A stretch of 64,000 nucleotides of DNA from Azolla caroliniana. Its lineage: Eukaryota > Plantae > Polypodiophyta. Below, one piece after another: positions 61,517 to 64,000 of the stretch (within the stretch, counting starts at the first letter, position 1; the number at the start of each line of letters is the position of its first letter). A model generated the notes under the pieces. It saw only the letters and a program-made list of their open reading frames with translations, was not told the origin of the DNA and made no database searches. A program made the position numbers and the translations under genes. The DNA is taken from contig JBHGNT010000004.1 in assembly GCA_043228905.1 (NCBI GenBank), positions 20,708,001 to 20,772,000 of the forward strand. Direction: 5' to 3'.

Positions 61517-64000
61517 TTGATGATACTATCATAAGGTTTGATTATGCATTAAGATGAAGAGATTTGATAACATAAACTAAGGATGTGATCCAATGTTTTG
61601 CAATTGTCATTATGAAACCTGAGCCTCCTTTTTGTGCAGAAACAGTTGGTTTCTTGTAGGTAAGATAATGCCACAGGTCTGCAACCAATCAAAATCTTAA
61701 CAGAGATTTTGTGAAGATATGGTTTTTTTGTGCATAACATGTGCATAAACTAGTGAAAGTAGAAGGGGGTTATAGTATGTTATACATGGTCACAAAAATA
61801 CTATACCGAAGTATTAGGTGGTATTAGCGTCTATCAGTGAAGGGTTATACTATCCTTTGTACAAAAATGCAAACTAGTATTAGGGGGGGGCAATTCAAGT
61901 TACTTTGTATATGCTCCACTTTCCCTGATATATGTCTTTTGTATTACCATTTTTTCAAACACTTAATATATAAACATACTTGTGGGTGTGGACTGCTTTG
62001 TATGATCATTCAAAGTCTTACTTAGATATTTCTGGAAGTGATTTTGTATGTGCATCTCTTTAACTGATATGTAAGTATGAGAGAGAGAGTGAGAGAGATG
62101 CATACATATGAGCTCAACCTTCTAGGTGGTGTAGCAAGCATGACACTAAGTTGTAACTACCTTTTAATATGTCATGCATGTATAAAGCAAGTGATATTTT
62201 TTTTTTTTTTTCAAAAAAAAAGAATATCCTTCCATTAGATAAGAAAACCAAGTTTGCTACAACATACAAAGTATGTGGACAGAAAGCCAAGATACTTGCT
62301 AAAGTCCTCTTGTAAAATTCAATGGGCAACCATAGATCTTTCCCTAAAGAGGCTAAGGAGATGGATCTATATACATCCCAACTTACAATGGAGAACAACC
62401 AACAAAAGGGGGGTAAAGCAAGTGATATTTGATGTATTTTAATGCCATTGTGCAACTTGAACAGCCGGCTTGTGTGAAGGAGTGTGAGGGCTCTATGAGA
62501 GTAAATGCTCATGTTCTTATCTTATATAGAAACTCAACATGTAAGGCTGACATTTGCATTTTCATTTTAGTTGTATCATATCTCTTCCTTTGTGCTTAGG
62601 ATAATTACATAGTGCATAGCATCAATTGAAAGCTTAGAGAGATCTTGCGCATTCCATCTTTCAAATCATTTTTTATGTCAATTGCCTAACTGAATGAGAG
62701 AATTTTTTTCTTGTGATGCTTTTGTGGTTACATCCAACATTTGAAGCAAGATGTGGTCATCTATGAATGGGCATATTCTTGACCTTTGTAAAGTGTGCAT
62801 TTACATATTGTAATGCTAATATCTCTTTGAGTTGAACATTTGATTCCTAGAGTATAACTTGGTACTAGGTAGGTGGCTAATTTACTCCTCTTTTGTCTCA
62901 TTTAAAACATACGTTAAATCTTCTCAATCTCGTTCCATGCATTAAGACGGACGGTGCTATTGATCTGCAATACCATGGCATTAATGGACATTAGTTTCAA
63001 TCCCTATCCAACAAACGCTTTGGTTGAATTGATTTTCTAACATAAAATAAAAGTTCCAACCAACTTGAAGTCTAGAGACAAAGCATATATTTTATTTATT
63101 TGGAGTGAGGATATGCATACCAAGATTTTCTATTTATTGCCTTTGAGCCTTTGAGTTCTCCTCACAAGCTTCCTATATTGGTATTCCTTATAATAATCAT
63201 TTATACATATTATTATATAATTATCTATGTTCTCAAAGTATGTACGTTCTCTTAGCACAACGAATATTCCCTTTCGAGTGAAGCCATGCCAATTATATAT
63301 AAGGCAAGCATCTTAAGTATCCATTTTGCCTTATACTCTCAAATTTCAACCCACATTTATATATCAATACCTTGAGTTGCATCACTTAGTCCTAAGTCCT
63401 TATCCCATTGATATCCTCTACAGTCTAAAACATGATTTTCAAATTGAGTCATGAGTAGTTCCATAGGTTAGCAATTGCCCTTTATTTTCCAAAGTCCTTG
63501 CTTAGATTCAAGCACTTGCCTTCTAGGTTCTTTCTTAGATTCATGCATGTTCCAAACGAGGCCCAATTAGATAGTTAGTTGAACCCTTGGTTGTTCTCAT
63601 TGGATTTTGACTTTGTTATTTCTTGCAAAAGAAGACAATGCATTCCAAGACTTTTGTATGTTCAAGTTTGGGTTTGGGGTATTCTGCAAGGTATATTGAA
63701 GGGAAAAATCATAGTTCGTTTGTTTTTCAAATGTAGGGTTTTTAGCTCATGCATCTAGGTGGAGAGTGGACTTGGGTTTTGGGAGGCACTTAAAATTGTA
63801 CAATTTGTTTTGTGCTCATCTCCACTAAGTTGTAGCCAACCTTCATTTTCTCCTTTGTGTAAGTTCTATGCAACCTTTGGGCATATTTGCTTAATCTTAT
63901 AGTCACGTCACATAGGACCATCGGTTATAGGTCAACTCTGATTTTTTGCTTCTAAGACACTATGATCCCTTCCAAAACATTTGCAAGTGGCACTCTACCA

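Noticed and set aside
63300-64000. Possible retroelement gag/PBS remnant at the window end (minus strand TGGTAGAGTGCC, CKCFGRDH)
   Set aside because: The motifs are too weak and truncated by the window edge to support a call.

Overview
Eukaryotic land-plant nuclear DNA: AT-rich, intron-rich and full of microsatellites. A non-seed plant such as a fern is plausible, but that is inference. I can reconstruct seven spliced protein-coding genes from GT-AG junctions and recalled family motifs: a GT29 sialyltransferase-like gene (SIA2-like, minus, 3' end runs off the window), an Mn-CDF/MTP11-like transporter (minus), a FLX-like coiled-coil gene (minus), MED7 (minus), a P-class PPR gene resembling EMB2654 (plus), a CHI-fold FAP2-like gene (plus) and an RBR E3 ligase (plus). 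Mobile DNA comprises a near full-length two-ORF LINE sitting in a (CT)n tract, two Mutator-type MITEs with 9-bp TSDs, a solo LTR with a 5-bp TSD, Copia and Gypsy remnants and a foldback element. The strongest leads are three. (1) LINE ORF1 and ORF2 are in the same frame, separated by a single TGA in the TGA-CGG readthrough context, which suggests an ORF1-ORF2 fusion by recoding. (2) The EMB2654-like PPR carries a new ~26-aa N-terminal tandem repeat (six copies) built from the family's VxYDxG motif. (3) The Mn-type CDF has a 12-His N-terminal tail. Family assignments come from recalled sequences and motifs, not from database searches.
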